Notes under the pieces: generated by a model | The model's input: only the letters and a program-made list of their open reading frames with translations | The model's database searches: none | What the model was told of the DNA's origin: nothing | Part shown: one piece after another, positions 24,335-37,503 of the stretch | Numbering within the stretch: the first letter of the stretch is position 1 | How the letters are laid out: every line of letters begins with the position of its first letter | Source of the DNA: Octopus vulgaris | Taxonomy: Eukaryota | Reading direction: 5' to 3' | Assembly: GCA_951406725.2 (NCBI GenBank) | Contig: OX597815.1 | Coordinates: 114,700,001 to 114,764,000, forward strand | DNA length: 64,000 nucleotides | Translations under genes and position numbers: made by a program

Positions 24335-26330
24335 TTGGTTTTTATGGCCTGGAGGACAATGATGAAAAGGAGGGGACTAAGGACTGAACCTTGATAAATC
24401 CCTACTTGTATACTAAATTCTTCGCTGTACTTAAGGTTAACTTTCCCCTTACTGACAGCATCTTTGTACATAGCCTGTACAGCTTTCACTAGCCACTCAT
24501 CTATCCCAAGCCTTCTCAGAGTCCACCATATCACACAGTTGAAGGCTTTCTCTAGATCAACAAATGTCAAGAACAAGTATAATAGTTTATTCTTAGCTAA
24601 GTACTTCTCTTGCAGTTGCCTAACTATGAAAATAGCTTTGGTAGTGCCGCTTCCCTTGATGAAGACAAACTGCATTGTGTCTAGCTTAATTCTGCTCCTA
24701 ATTAATTGGGCTATAACTCTGTAATTTTCATCACCTGGTCCAGGAATTTGATGCCTCTATAATTGCTTCTATCAAAAACACCACCCTTATCCTTGTAGCA
24801 GCCAACAGTAATACTGCTACACCAGTCCTTGGGCATTACACCTTCCTCAATGACATGATTTACTATGCAGGTGACTAGCCTGTATCCTACCTTATCTGAT
24901 ACTTTGAGCATCTTGGCTCTGATTCTGGATGGACATGGGGTTTTCCTGTTTTTTTTCTGGTTTTAATAGCCTTATCTACGACACCACTGTCCACTAGGAT
25001 AGCTGATCCCTCTGGTGGGTTCACATGAGGGAGACTTTCCTTGTCCCATTAATTCTCTACATTCAACAGTCTCACAGTTATCTTTCCACTCCTCTTGTCC
25101 ACATCACTTACTGCAAGCATACTATTATCCAGCTATGCACACTTCTCTCATACAGTATCTTGATTCTCACTGACATATTGTCTAGCAGTAGTTGACACGT
25201 AAAAAGCACCATTTGAGTGTGGCTATTGCCAGTACTGCCTGATTGGCCCTTGTGCCAGTGGTACATAAAAGCACCCACTACACGCCGTGCGCCCGTACAC
25301 TTTTGCTCGCACAGCCAGGACAACCTCATTGCACGTGCTTTCCATGGTCGATCACGGGTTTTTTTTTCTCTTTCTTATGCCTTTCTCACCACTGCTCCCC
25401 ACCACCCAGCCCCGACTCAACGTCCCTTTCCACCCAGCATGCCGCTTCCACCAGGCATCTGCAGATGATGTCGGCACGTCACTACTGCAAGCAGCACGTG
25501 CCTTGCGCTCTCGCTGCTGCCGCCATCACCATCATAGCCACCCGCTCTTCGCTTCTTCCGCCCGTCAGCCCAATGCACAGAGGGTGATCGTTGTTTTCTC
25601 CTCGCAGTCGAGGACCCAGTCAGGTTACGCCACTGACTTCATGTTGCATCGCTGCCAGCACGGCGGATGGGCTAGTCGTCGCTTCCCAATCCACCACAGG
25701 CGACACGGCGTCACTGAAACAGAGCAATGCCATCTGTCCCGCCCTGGACAGAACCATGGCTTCAACTCCAGGTGTCACTGCATCACTGCCGCAACAAGCA
25801 TCATCTTACTCCTTGTCTCGGATTGCTGCTCGGCAGTCGCACAATCTGTCACCCAGTTGTCTAGCAATCTGGAACACTTCAAGTCTCTGATCTTCAAACT
25901 GTAGACTTTGGCAAACCCTTTCTTTTCTGCTTCTATCCTAGCTTGCTAAACCTGATGTCTAGCCTCCCTTTTAGCCTTCTGCTATGATTCTTTGCTACCT
26001 GCTTTTTTCCATTCTTTCCAGAGCTGTCTCTTCTTTTTTATGACCATGTCAGCATCACTGTTCCACCATTACATCACTCTTGGTCTAGTGAAGGCTTTGC
26101 TCCAACCACAAATTTGGTCTGTTGCCCATAGTAGATTGTCCTGTAGGAACTTCCAGTTGTCCACTTTGTCATATGTCTCTATCTCTCCCTCCTTTTTATC
26201 AAAAGCCTCATTAAGGACATCTCTAAATTTCTGCCTGTTTAAAGGATCCTTGAGCTTCCACAGCCTTCTTTATCATATTGGCTTGTGTCTCTGGATCTTT
26301 CTGGCCTTAAGCCTGAAGTCACTAATCAGA
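24335..26330 (-). mobile_element. Degenerate RTE LINE reverse-transcriptase region, interrupted by insertion 25188-25856
   Basis: [43 protein letters not shown]; collinear with 42732-43600 on both sides of the insertion. Confidence 0.9.
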
Positions 26331-26768
26331 TAGTGGTCCAAATGTCATATCTTCATTGCAAATGATTGCAGTTGTTCTCAGCCTACAGAATGTTCCTTGA
26401 TAACAGAAAAATTTCATAGCTGAAGTTGGAAAAATATTCCACTTCTCATGGAATTCCTCTCTTGCCTATATTTACTGACCAACTTATGCCAACATTGTCG
26501 CATCTCTTGTCATCCTTATTGTATCCTAGATCTTGCACAAACCACTTTTTTGTGATTTCCTCCATACTGATGTTCTTCCTGGGACATCAAGTTGTTTAAG
26601 ATGAATGTTAATTGATTCTGTCTCACCAGCCACAGAGGGCCTGCAAATATGACTGCAGCGCCTTCCTCTTGGCTAAATCTTTAAACAGTTTATAAAACAA
26701 GATGTCTTGCAGTATTTAATTAATTCCTTTTATGTTCTGAGTTCAAATCCCATCAAGACTAACTTTTA

Positions 26769-27145
26769 TCATTATCAAATGTCCATTTTCCATGCTGGCT
26801 TGACAAGATCTAGCCATATCAGGTTCCATAGTCAGTTTTGACTTGGTTTCTACAACTGGATGCTCTTCCTAATGCCAACTGCTTTACAGAGTGTACTGGG
26901 TGCTTTTTATGTGACACCATTACCAGTACTTTTCAAATGGTACTAGCAGCCACAATGCCAACTGCTTTACAGAGTGTACTGGGTGCTTTTTATGTGACAC
27001 CATTACCAGTGCTTTTTATATGGTACTAGCAGCCACACCAATGCCTTTTATGTGACACCTTGGTTTTAGGATCTCAGTTCTATTTTGGTGGGGCAGGTCT
27101 TCTTAAGTACAGCAATATACCACATATCTTAGTCCTCTGTCATCT
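26769..27145 (-). mobile_element. RTE 3' UTR fragment with an internal 83-bp tandem duplication
   Basis: AATGCCAACTGCTTTACAGAGTGTACTGGG repeated at 26871 and 26954. Confidence 0.7.
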
Positions 27146-27757
27146 CAACCTTGCTTTCAAATTTTCTTGGATTAATAAAATAAATACCAATCAAATACTA
27201 GAGTAAATTTAATAATAGTTTGGCTATACTTTGCTGATGAGTACTGATAAGTTTAAATTATGCCTGAAGATGTCACTGTACAACTAAGAATCAGACTAAA
27301 TCCCTAATGCATTATGTATTTAATCAATTAAAACCTTAAGATTGTCTCTGATGCCATTTTTACCACAATTAGTCACTTGATGATTGTCTCCGTTACTAAG
27401 TGTGTCAGGTTAGGTATGGTGGCATGCACCATTTCATCTACCATTTCTTAGTATTTGCTTGGGTCATCCTGGGCAACCCTCCAAACAGTGTCCCAGTCAG
27501 TCCCCATCTCTGCAAAACACTTCCTCATCCACTGTGACCATGTGGCTTGTGATTAATGGACTCCAATAGTCACCCTAGCTGGGTCCTCACAGAAGAGAAC
27601 ACAACATGCAGGATCTAACTTGGAAAATCAAGCAACATGACCAGTCTGAGCTGATGCTCCCAAATCATACAAGTAACAGGACAAATCCCAGTTTCTAAGC
27701 ATAGTTTTTGGTTGTATTCCAGGATGCTTCACAGGATTATGGTGTTACTAAGAGTAT

Positions 27758-28141
27758 ATCATCATCATCATTTAACATCCACTTTCCATGCTAGCACGGG
27801 TTGGATGATTTGATTAAGGACTGGTGAACCAGATGGCTGCACCAGGCTCCAATCTCATCTGGCAGAGTTTCTACAGCCGGATGCTATTCCTAACGCCAAC
27901 TACTCCAAGAGTGTAGTGGGTGCTTTTACGTGCCAGTGGGGTAGTACTGGCAACAGCCATGCTCAAATGGTTTTTGTGCATTTACAGAGAATACCACCTG
28001 CACAGGAGCCAGTCCAGTGGCACTGGCAACCTCACTCAAATGTTTTTTCATGTGCCAGTAAGGCGACACTGGTAACAATCACGCTCGAATGGTGCTTTTT
28101 ACGTGCCACTGGCACGGAAGCCAGTCGGCTGCTCTGGCAAT
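27758..28141 (-). mobile_element. RTE LINE 3' UTR fragment
   Basis: (CAT)n tail and GGTGCTTTTTACGTGCCA repeats. Confidence 0.8.
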
Positions 28142-28220
28142 TGAAATTTCATGATTTAGTACATCAAATATGCTAGCACATACAGCACTGTTGAGTTTCA
28201 AAGATGGTGGAATTGACCCA

Positions 28221-29252
28221 TCTATATAGTTATGTTCCTTTTATTTTGAGTTCAAATACTGTTACAGTAGGTAGGTGTCAGTAAAGCAACAGTCAAGCAC
28301 TGATACTATTATCAGTGTTTCTCACCACAAAACTGCATGGCATTGTGCCGATATCAAAAACCATTATTTACGACATATGTGGGAAATTCTGTCTGTGGGT
28401 ATGTTTGTGGAGTTGCTAGCTAACTCCCTACATCGGTTTATTGATTTTGATGAAACTTGATACGCAAGTAGAACTCATGTCTGGACACCTCATGGCATAC
28501 TCAGATTGTTGAAAAAATTATAATAGGGCCCCTGGAAGGGATCCTTAAATATATTTTATTTTAAAAACTAAGGGAAATACCCATTTGCCCCTGGAAGGAA
28601 TCCTTATATATAGCCAAGAAAAATAGCTCATTCATTTTCCTAAATTATTTGGTAAAAATGAAATTGAATATGCTTATTTCTTAGTATTTGAACTGTTAGA
28701 GTTATTTCTGCAATTTATCCAGTACAACCCTTAAACAAGTAAATAGTATTTTCCTAAACAATAGATCCACTTATTTCGGTTAGTGACTTATTCATGAATA
28801 TACCAACACTAGCACCCCTGAGAGTAATATTCTCTGGGAACACACAAAAGCACTTTTCAGAGTTATTTACTTTGAATTGTTATTATCTCATGTCTGATTA
28901 GCCTGTTGTTACGTAACATGCTGCATGATTTTAGTATACATAGCTTATTAGTCTTTCCTCCTAAGTTCTATATACTCTGGAAACGCATTAAAGCCCTTTT
29001 TGGGGCTGCTTTATTTGAATTCTTACCATCGAGTAACTAATTTCATGTTATTACATAATTGACTTCACAATTTGGGTATTCATAACTTATTGGGAATTCC
29101 TAAAAACAGTATCCTGTGTAAGACAGTTTGGTATTCTCTGTAAATGTACGAAAACCATTTCAAGGGCTACATACTTTGTATTGTTGCTATTGGATTAACG
29201 GAACAAAGGGATAAGCCTCACTTTCCCAGGAATTACTGGGTATGTCAGCTAG
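28221..29252 (+). mobile_element. Probable non-autonomous Helitron
   Basis: 3' CCCAG/CTGGG hairpin 8 nt before CTAG|T at 29249-29253; candidate A|TCTATATA start at 28221; internal direct repeat GCCCCTGGAAGG(G/A)ATCCTTA. Confidence 0.5.
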
Positions 29253-30879
29253 TTGTTATAATAAACAGTAGCATAATACCCATAAAAATTGACCAGACTT
29301 ATTCCTAGAAAAACGGGAGGGAAGAAAGAGCATAATGATGGTCAGATACTTGAAGAAGGTAATCTCTGGTTATAAAGGACCACTTTGAATTTGTCACACT
29401 GTAGCTGATAACAATAGTGATAGCAGCTGAAGATCTTTTTCTGAATCTGTGCTTTGATCAGTTTATTAGTCACTGAGGATATTTTTGTGAGTACGTAAGA
29501 ATTATTTTTTGCATAGTTCATCATCATTTAATGTCCTCCTACTATCCTGGCATGTTTTAGACAGTTTGATAGGAGCTGGCCAAGCAGAAGCCTGCACCAT
29601 ACTTCTGTGTCTAGTTAATTTTTGTGTTAGAGTTCTTATTCATTTTCCTGTTATTCAGTTTTAACTTTACATCCACTTTCTATGCTGGTTTAAATTGATA
29701 CATCCCTATCCAAGTCAGTTCTTATTCGTAGTTTCTGCCTTGTTTGATGGATCATAGGACCATGTATTGCTCATATATTTTATTTAAGCACAGTTTCTAT
29801 GACAAGACACACTCCCTAACATCAACCAGTTTTAAAGACTGTATTGGGTGCATTTTATCATGGCATCGTCTCTAGAGGCGTTAATTAACAATAATGAAAT
29901 GAGCAAATTACCAGTGCGTGTGTTTTTGTTGGTAGAATGATCCTCCCAAAATATTTAACTGAATCAGTGGAGATAGAACAATGATACACATAAGCATGGT
30001 GACAAGCTAGAATTTTTTTGAAAGATTATATTGCTATTTGTGAATAATATCCTGTATTTATTTTCGCTGTCCCAAAATATAAAACTACTTCTATTTGGTG
30101 TAAATGACAGTGTTCGAGAACTGTGGAAAATGTTATTTGTCTGAATTATTGCTATGATAATATTGTCTTCGTTTGTTTCAACTTTTAATCCTTAAAGCAA
30201 TGTTATTGTTTGTATCATTCTTTTGCACAACTGAAAGGAAACTTAAAGTTTCCCCAACTTACAAAGCTCCATTTTGAGGGATTAAGCTATCTTATTTTTT
30301 AAAGAAAATAAGACAGGAATGAACGAATTATTCTCACGTTTAAACTCATAAAAACGTTAATTGAATAATTTCAATTCTTTACGAAAGGAGCATCTATACG
30401 ATCTCTCATTCTGCTAGAAATCGAAGCCCCACCTCTGCTATTTTAACAACAACAACGTAAAATAAAACAAATTCAATACACAAAAGTAACACAAAAATGG
30501 GTTACAACAACACAAAATAATTCTTAATTATATTTCAAAATATCCCCCATGATAAGCAAGCTAGCTCATCCTCACAAATAAATAAATTCCTTGAAGTTTC
30601 CAATTCAAATCCTACCAACAGCTATAGTTTGATAAAGTGTAAGTGGCACGTTATAATCAAAGATCACCAAATTTAAGACGAGAGAAAAAGTAGATACAGC
30701 TGTTGACTAGCGCATTTAGCAGACTGCGTGACTATGTAAGTTCCTTTACTAATTCAAATAATTGGAATAGAATTAGAGGAGTGTCTGAGTGCTGAAAAGC
30801 CGTTGTTTTAATTTCTAAGAAGACACAAGAATATTTTTAATGTCCATTAAGAAAATGTATTTATAAGATGATAAATACA

Positions 30880-31117
30880 ATTAAGTAGTCGACATATCAA
30901 TGACCGGAAGTTAACGAATGACAACGGATGTTTACGTATGACAACGAAAATCATTCGACATTAGTTACGAGATTATCCGAAGTCAACCGAATATATACGG
31001 AAAGTTCCTCAATGAATATTTCATATTTCAAGAGTACAAACTATCGGTGTTCCAGGAGTAAAATGAATGTTATTCTGTTTATGCATACGGTATTTAGGAA
31101 TATTTTATAAGTGAAAA
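30880..31117 (+). promoter_or_regulatory. TOP3B promoter / 5' UTR region
   Basis: CpG-enriched; ETS site CCGGAAGT at 30904-30911; tandem 20-bp duplication at 30907-30946; directly upstream of the TOP3B ATG. Confidence 0.55.
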
Positions 31118-31351
31118 ATGAAGACTGTATTTATGGTGGCTGAAAAGCCATCTTTGGCTGCTTCGTTAGCCAAAATCTTATCCAACAACAGCATGACATC
31201 TCGAAAAGGTTATAATGGAGCCTGTTCAGTGCATGAATATCGAGGTAAATTTCAAGGCGAACCGGCTTACTTCAAATTTACATCAGTGTGTGGTCATGTC
31301 ATGACCCTGGATTTTACTGGCAAGTACAACAACTGGGATAAAGTCGATCCG
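31118..31351 (+). CDS. TOP3B: TOP3B coding exon 1
   Basis: [13 protein letters not shown]...[11 protein letters not shown]; donor GTAAGT. Confidence 0.97.
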
Positions 31352-34300
31352 GTAAGTAACTTACTTAAGCTACTATTTTAGATTTGTAGTAGTAATTTTT
31401 TTTTACTATTACTAATACTACTGTGGCTTTAGTCACAATCCGTCTGGCTTACTACACTGCTTACTGCTTGGGCAATCTTAGCTTTATATTACCAGTTCAA
31501 CTTGATACTTGTTCCAAATTTTGCATACACTAATCGCATACTTTCCAAACGTCTACATTTTTCATGCCAACCTCATGCTCTTTTTTATCCCAGACTACTA
31601 TAACAGCTTTCTTTGAACATGACCATGACTCCACTCCATCCACACACACCTCCGTTGTTAAGACCAATAAAGAGAGAGAAATATTGGTTCTATCTGTCGA
31701 ACCTCTAGATTATAGTGCAGCTGAAACAAGACCGCAATCGGATTTCAATTTCTGGCGGTATCCACCTTATTCACATAATGCTTTTTGGAAAGTGTGTGTA
31801 TGGGTAGGTAGGTTCTTCCCACCCTCTAAATCTGACATGTTTTAACAAATCGATTTGCGAATTGGGGGTCAATTATCGTTTAACAATTATTTTAATCACA
31901 CTACACAGTTATTGGAGAATGTCTTTTGCGGCTAATAATTATTTCTACTATAGGCACAAAGCCTGAAATTTATGAGGAGGGGATCTGGTGGATTATATCG
32001 ACCCAGTGTTCAACTGATACTTATTTCATCGATCAACTACCACTACCACCAAAGGATGAAAAGCAAAGTTTTTCATCAGAATTTGAACTCAAAACGTAAA
32101 AACTGACGAAATGCCGCTAAGCATTTTGCCCGGCGTGCTAACGATTTTGCCAGCTCGCCGCCTTCCTTTTTCCACTAGTTCTCTTCGTGCATTCAGGCAC
32201 ATAAGGCCGCAACCCCATCTCTCCAACCAGCTCTGATTTTTGCCAGTCTTCTGGTCTCATTCCAGCTTCTCCACCCTTCTCACATCTTTTCCTTAGTTTC
32301 TAATTTAGGCACATGGCCAACAAATTAGTTGACTGGTACTTTATTTATCGACCCTCGAGAGATGAAAGGCAGAGTTGAGCTCTGCGGGATTTGAACTCAG
32401 AACGTAAAGAACTGGGTCAACAAATACTGCAAGGCATTTATTCCAACGCTCTAACGATTCTGTTAGCTGGTCGCCTTCTAGGCACAAAGCCTTGACAGGA
32501 GACGATTAAATTGACAAATGCTTGACTAATATTTTATCGATTTCGGTGCAATGAAAGGCGAAGTTGGCGATGAGTTGTAAACTCAGAAGATAAAAAGAGC
32601 TAGGACAAATATTGCAAGGTATTTTTGTCTAACGTTCTAATGGTTCTGGAGTCGAGATTTTTAAAAAAATGAAAAGAGGGAAAAAAGGGCAAACAAATTT
32701 TTCGCTAACCAAACAGCATCAAGAAGATAAAGAACATAAGTCAATTCTGGATTACCCTTTCAGGTGATCTTTGAGAAAATATATGGTCATGGTTTGAATG
32801 CTTTTGATGACAGGATAGCTTGTTCAAGGCTGACTTCGGGCCAACTGCGTGTGTGTATAGATAGATAGAAAAAAGAGAGAGGGAGAGACGGAACGACCAT
32901 CGCTAATCCGGCATCATTGGGACCTGAAGAGTGTTGGATTAGTGGTTTTACTGAATTAAAAAGTAGTTAGAATACACTTAAAATATTAACTCAACGGCTG
33001 ACTGATTAATAAAGAAACATTAAATGAAAAGGAAGTGAAATTTTAATGACTAACAAACACTTTCTTCACTGCCGATTCTGAAGCGAAAAGTAACTAAGCA
33101 CATCTGCATTATTGTCTCGGAGTGAAGGCTGTCAGGATTAGCATCTTTTTGATATGAAGGGCTATCGAGGTTCTTTCTTTGAAACGTGACTAAGATATTA
33201 ATGAAGGTGACAGCACATCTGGTTAGCAGATATTGATTGAGACCGTTATATTGTCAAATGATTACTACTCTGCTCCAGACTTTTCAGCTATTTTTTTTTT
33301 TTAAACTTAACTTGCAAGTTGAGCCATTTCATATGCTTTGGCCTTTCTTTGAGTTTGTCTCAGAATGTAAATGTTAGTTATTTCTTGTTCACTTGTAAAA
33401 CTTCGTTGTTCTAGACCTGCTAGAACTTATCCTGTCAACTGAATTTATCAATAGAGGCTCTTTTGCTATATTTGTTTCGTTGCTGTCTTTTCCACTGGCT
33501 TGTTGCTGTGGGCTTATAACAAATCTACAATTTCTGGGTCAGTGCACTAATGAACGGTTGTTGCATCTTCATTTACACTCATCCATTCTCCATGATCTTC
33601 ACCTATCTTTGAAGGCAAAATATTTTGCAATAGGATTAAATAACGAGCATAAGAAAGCTGGGAAAGACATCCTCACCCCCATTTTCTCCCCACCACCACC
33701 CCCTAAAACCCCCGTTTTCGGATACGGAGATTCCGAAAAATTGCCAAAAATCGGCATTTTGAAATTCCCCCCTCCTACCCCTCAATTTCTACATTTTTCA
33801 CTTTTTTCCCTAACCCTAAAACCCCAACCCTAACTATAAAAATTTTTGGAAATTTTTTTTCAGAATCATAATCTCCATATTTTTCCGCATATTTTGAAAA
33901 ATAAAAAGAAGAAAATGTCTGAAAAAAGTTTAAAATGAAGAAATTAGTGGGGTGGGGGTGATTTCAAAATGCCGATTTTTGCCAATTTTTTTTTGCAGAT
34001 TCGTATTCTGTGTATATATATATATATAAATTAAGGGGTGTTTTTTGGGGGTGGGTACAAAAGGAAGTCTTGCCGAAAGCTGTTCGTATGTAATCTGTTT
34101 TTCCTTTGAATTTCAAAATCCTTCAAAAGCATTTCCATTGTCTTCATCTGGTGCACTCAAACATCACTTCTGACCACAATTTATGCCATCCATTTTCCTA
34201 CAGACTTCCAAGCATTGATAACACGGTAAACATTAAAATCATTAAGAAACTTACATACTGACTTGCCAGTGTTATTAAACTGTACATGCTACCTCATAAA

Positions 34301-37300
34301 AGTGTGTGATGCTTAGACTTAACATATCGTCACTGTTCTGGGGGTGGATTAATGCTGTGCTGTTTAGGCAGAAGATAAATACCAATAACATTTTTTATCA
34401 GTTCTGATGCTTTATCACCCCATAAGGATTCTGTATCCTCACTTGTTGATGTTCTTCTTTGCAAACATTCCAAAACGGTTCTGTATCATCTGCATTACAA
34501 ACATACTCAGGATTTAAATTTTCATTTGAAACTAAGCAAACTCAACAAGTTTAGATGCTTATAATAATCCATTAGGAGATTTTTGTTCCTTTGTTTAAGA
34601 ACTCAATGCTTTCGCTAATATGTATCCTAACATACATCATCAGAAAATGATCTAATTCTGAACATTTCCGATATTTCATTGTCTTCCTTTTATACATTTG
34701 TTTCAGAATTTTGTTTTCTGTGAATAAAGAAAGGCTAAGTATGCTGAAGTTTCTGTCCAGTAACAATGAGATTTTGAGCCTTCAAAGTAACTGGAGGAAT
34801 GAATGTATGTTTGTTCTAAGCTTAAATATATTGATGATAATGACATAGGAGAGCCCAGTGCTAAAGATATACAAAGATGTCCAGGAACACTCATGGATGC
34901 TTTTTGGTCTAGACGTTAATATCCCACCCCGCAAAAAAAAAAATAGAAAAGTAGCAGTACCATAGTCAAATGCTACAAAGGTAAAGGTGATGCCTTAGAT
35001 AGAAATAAATACAGAAGTATCAAATTGTTGGATCAGGTGATGAATGTTATGTAGAATCATAGCCTAAGTAATTAGGGAGAGAGTCAGTCTAGATGAGATT
35101 CAGCTTTGGTTTTGTGCCAGGCTGTAGCACCACTGATGCTATATTTCTGGTAAGGCAGCTGCAGGAGAAATACCTCTGTACTTGGCTTTCGTTGACTTGG
35201 AGAAAGCCTTTGGCAGGGATCCCTTATCTGGTGGCCAATATGGAAACTAGGAATAGATGAGTGGTTGGTAAGAGCTGTACAACCCCTGTATAGGGACACT
35301 ATCAATAAGGTGAGGGTTGGCAACTAGTACAGCAAAGAATTCAAGGTACAAGTAGGGCTTCAGCCCCCTCTTGTTCATCATAGGCCTCCTGGCAATAACA
35401 GATGAATTTAACATAGGCTGCCCCTGGGAACTACTCTATACTGATGACCTTACTCTTATAGGTGAATCACTACCAGAACCAGGTCTAGAATCAAAGGGCC
35501 TTAGAGTTAACCTAGCAAAAACCAAAGTCTTAGTAAGTAGGAAGGTAGACAAATCACAAATCCCTTCAGGTAGACAGCTCTGCTCGATCTGTAGAAAAGG
35601 CATAGGTAGAAACTCCATAAGATGCACCTGATGTAAGCTTTGGATATTTGAGAGGTGCAGTAATACCAGAGGAAGATTAACAGGGAAAATAGCTTTTGTG
35701 TGTGGAAGATGTACAGGTACTATAAACACCAAAAGTGTACAGAAAATAAACTCCATCAACTGCCATTGAGGTAAACTAGAAGTAGTAGATAGCTTCCATT
35801 ATATAGGTGACCAAGTTAGTAGTGGAGGTGGATGCTCCGAGATTGTATCTGTGAGAATAAGAATAGGTTAGATAAAGTTCAGAGAGAGCCTACCTCTGCT
35901 GGCAACAAATGGCTTCTCACTCAGAGTGAAAGGCAGATTGTATGATGCCTATATGCAAGCAGCTATGCTACATGGCAGTGTGACATGGGCTGTGACAGCT
36001 GAGGACATGCGTAGGCTTGGGAGAAATAAAGCCAGTATGTGCAATGTCAGTGTGCATGTTTGACAGAGTGTAAGCATCTTGAGAGAAAAGTTAGGTACGA
36101 GAAGTATCAGATGTGGTGTGCCGATATGGTCATGTGATGCGTATAGACAAGGACAGTAGTGTAAAGAAGTGCTGATCTCTAACTGTGGAGGGAACCTGTG
36201 GTAGAGGTAGACCCAGAAAGACATGGGACAAGGTGTTGAAGCATGATCTTCGAACATTGGGCCTCACAGAGGCAGTTACTAGTGACTGAGACCTTTGACA
36301 ATATGCTGTGCTTGAGAAGACTTGCCAAGTGAAGTTATAGTCATAGCTGATGATGGCGTTACATAATTGGCATCCATGCTGGTGGCACGTAAAAAGCACC
36401 ATTTGTGTGTTGGGTCTTACGGAGATAATGACCAAGACCTTTGGCATTATGCTGTGCTCGAGAAGACACATCAAGCCGAGCAAAATCACATTCAGGAAAG
36501 ATACCAGTGTCATGCAAATGGCACCCATTACACTCTCGGAGTGCTTGGCATTAAGAAGGGCATCCAGCTGTAGAAACCTTGCCAAATCAGACTGGAGTCT
36601 AGTGCAACCTTCCAGCTTGCCAACCCTTGTCAAACTGTCCAATCCATACCAGCATGGACAATGGATGTTAAATGATGATGATGATGTTGAAGTAGTGACT
36701 ATCTTGAACAGAAACAGTGCCTGGCTGGACAATTTAATTATTTCTCTCAACTGAGAAGTATCACCACTGTATCTGTTGGAATTTGGAATTGCATTCCTCC
36801 TATGCATGCTCATTTTGGGAAACTACAAAAGAGTCTTCTGTTGTGATAAAATCATCACATGCACAACTGTTCCCACAATTCTCTTGCATGTGAAACTTGG
36901 ATGTTTTTACAAAAAAAATATAGAGAAGTTGGAATACTTCCATCAGATAAAGCTGTAAACCATCTTGGGCATATGTTAGCAAGACCATGTAAAAGATAAT
37001 GATATTCTAAAGAGAATCAGATTCAAAACCATTAGGCTGGGGTGTTACATCACAGGTTTGATGGGTTAATCCCATTCAAAGATGAAAATACTTATCTGTA
37101 GAGAATTGTAAGAGGGAACACATCCAGTCAGAGTTCCAAGACAATAATACAAAGATCAGCCAAAACAAGCATCCAGAATCTTTAACATTACTATTTCCTC
37201 CTTGACTATTGAGGTAATTGTGTGCTCTGGATGAAAAAATTCCACATTAGACACAAATTCTTTGAAAGTAATCAGAAACATGGGACTAAACAAAAGAAGC

Positions 37301-37465
37301 TGATTTGCTACAAAGACTCCAAAAGTGTCCATGCCATCATTGTCAGAATTCTTTAAGAGCTAAAATAGGCTTATAAAGACATTGCGAATCACCTAAATCC
37401 ATGGACCTGAATTTTTGATAATTGCTGGTCATTTGTCCCATTGGTCATTAAGCATGTGGGTGCAA

Positions 37466-37503
<38 letters not shown>

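Noticed and set aside
25287-25904. 205-aa ORF as a host protein-coding gene
   Set aside because: It lies in a TSD-flanked insertion, runs into antisense RTE sequence and has no splice structure; long ORFs are expected in GC-rich DNA
29340-29520. Possible exon upstream of TOP3B (GTGAGT/GTAAG donor-like site near 29488)
   Set aside because: No convincing acceptor or open frame; unsupported without transcript data
33808-33834. Interstitial telomere or chromosome fusion scar
   Set aside because: Only a few degenerate CCCTAA units, contained within a TSD-bounded MITE
34130-34900. Possible decayed transposase on the minus strand
   Set aside because: Only short protein-like patches with many stops; no motif I can assign with confidence
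36130-36813. 227-aa minus-strand ORF and similar ORFs at 44031-45019 and 56982-58274
   Set aside because: These are antisense or off-frame readings of RTE sequence or TOP3B exons
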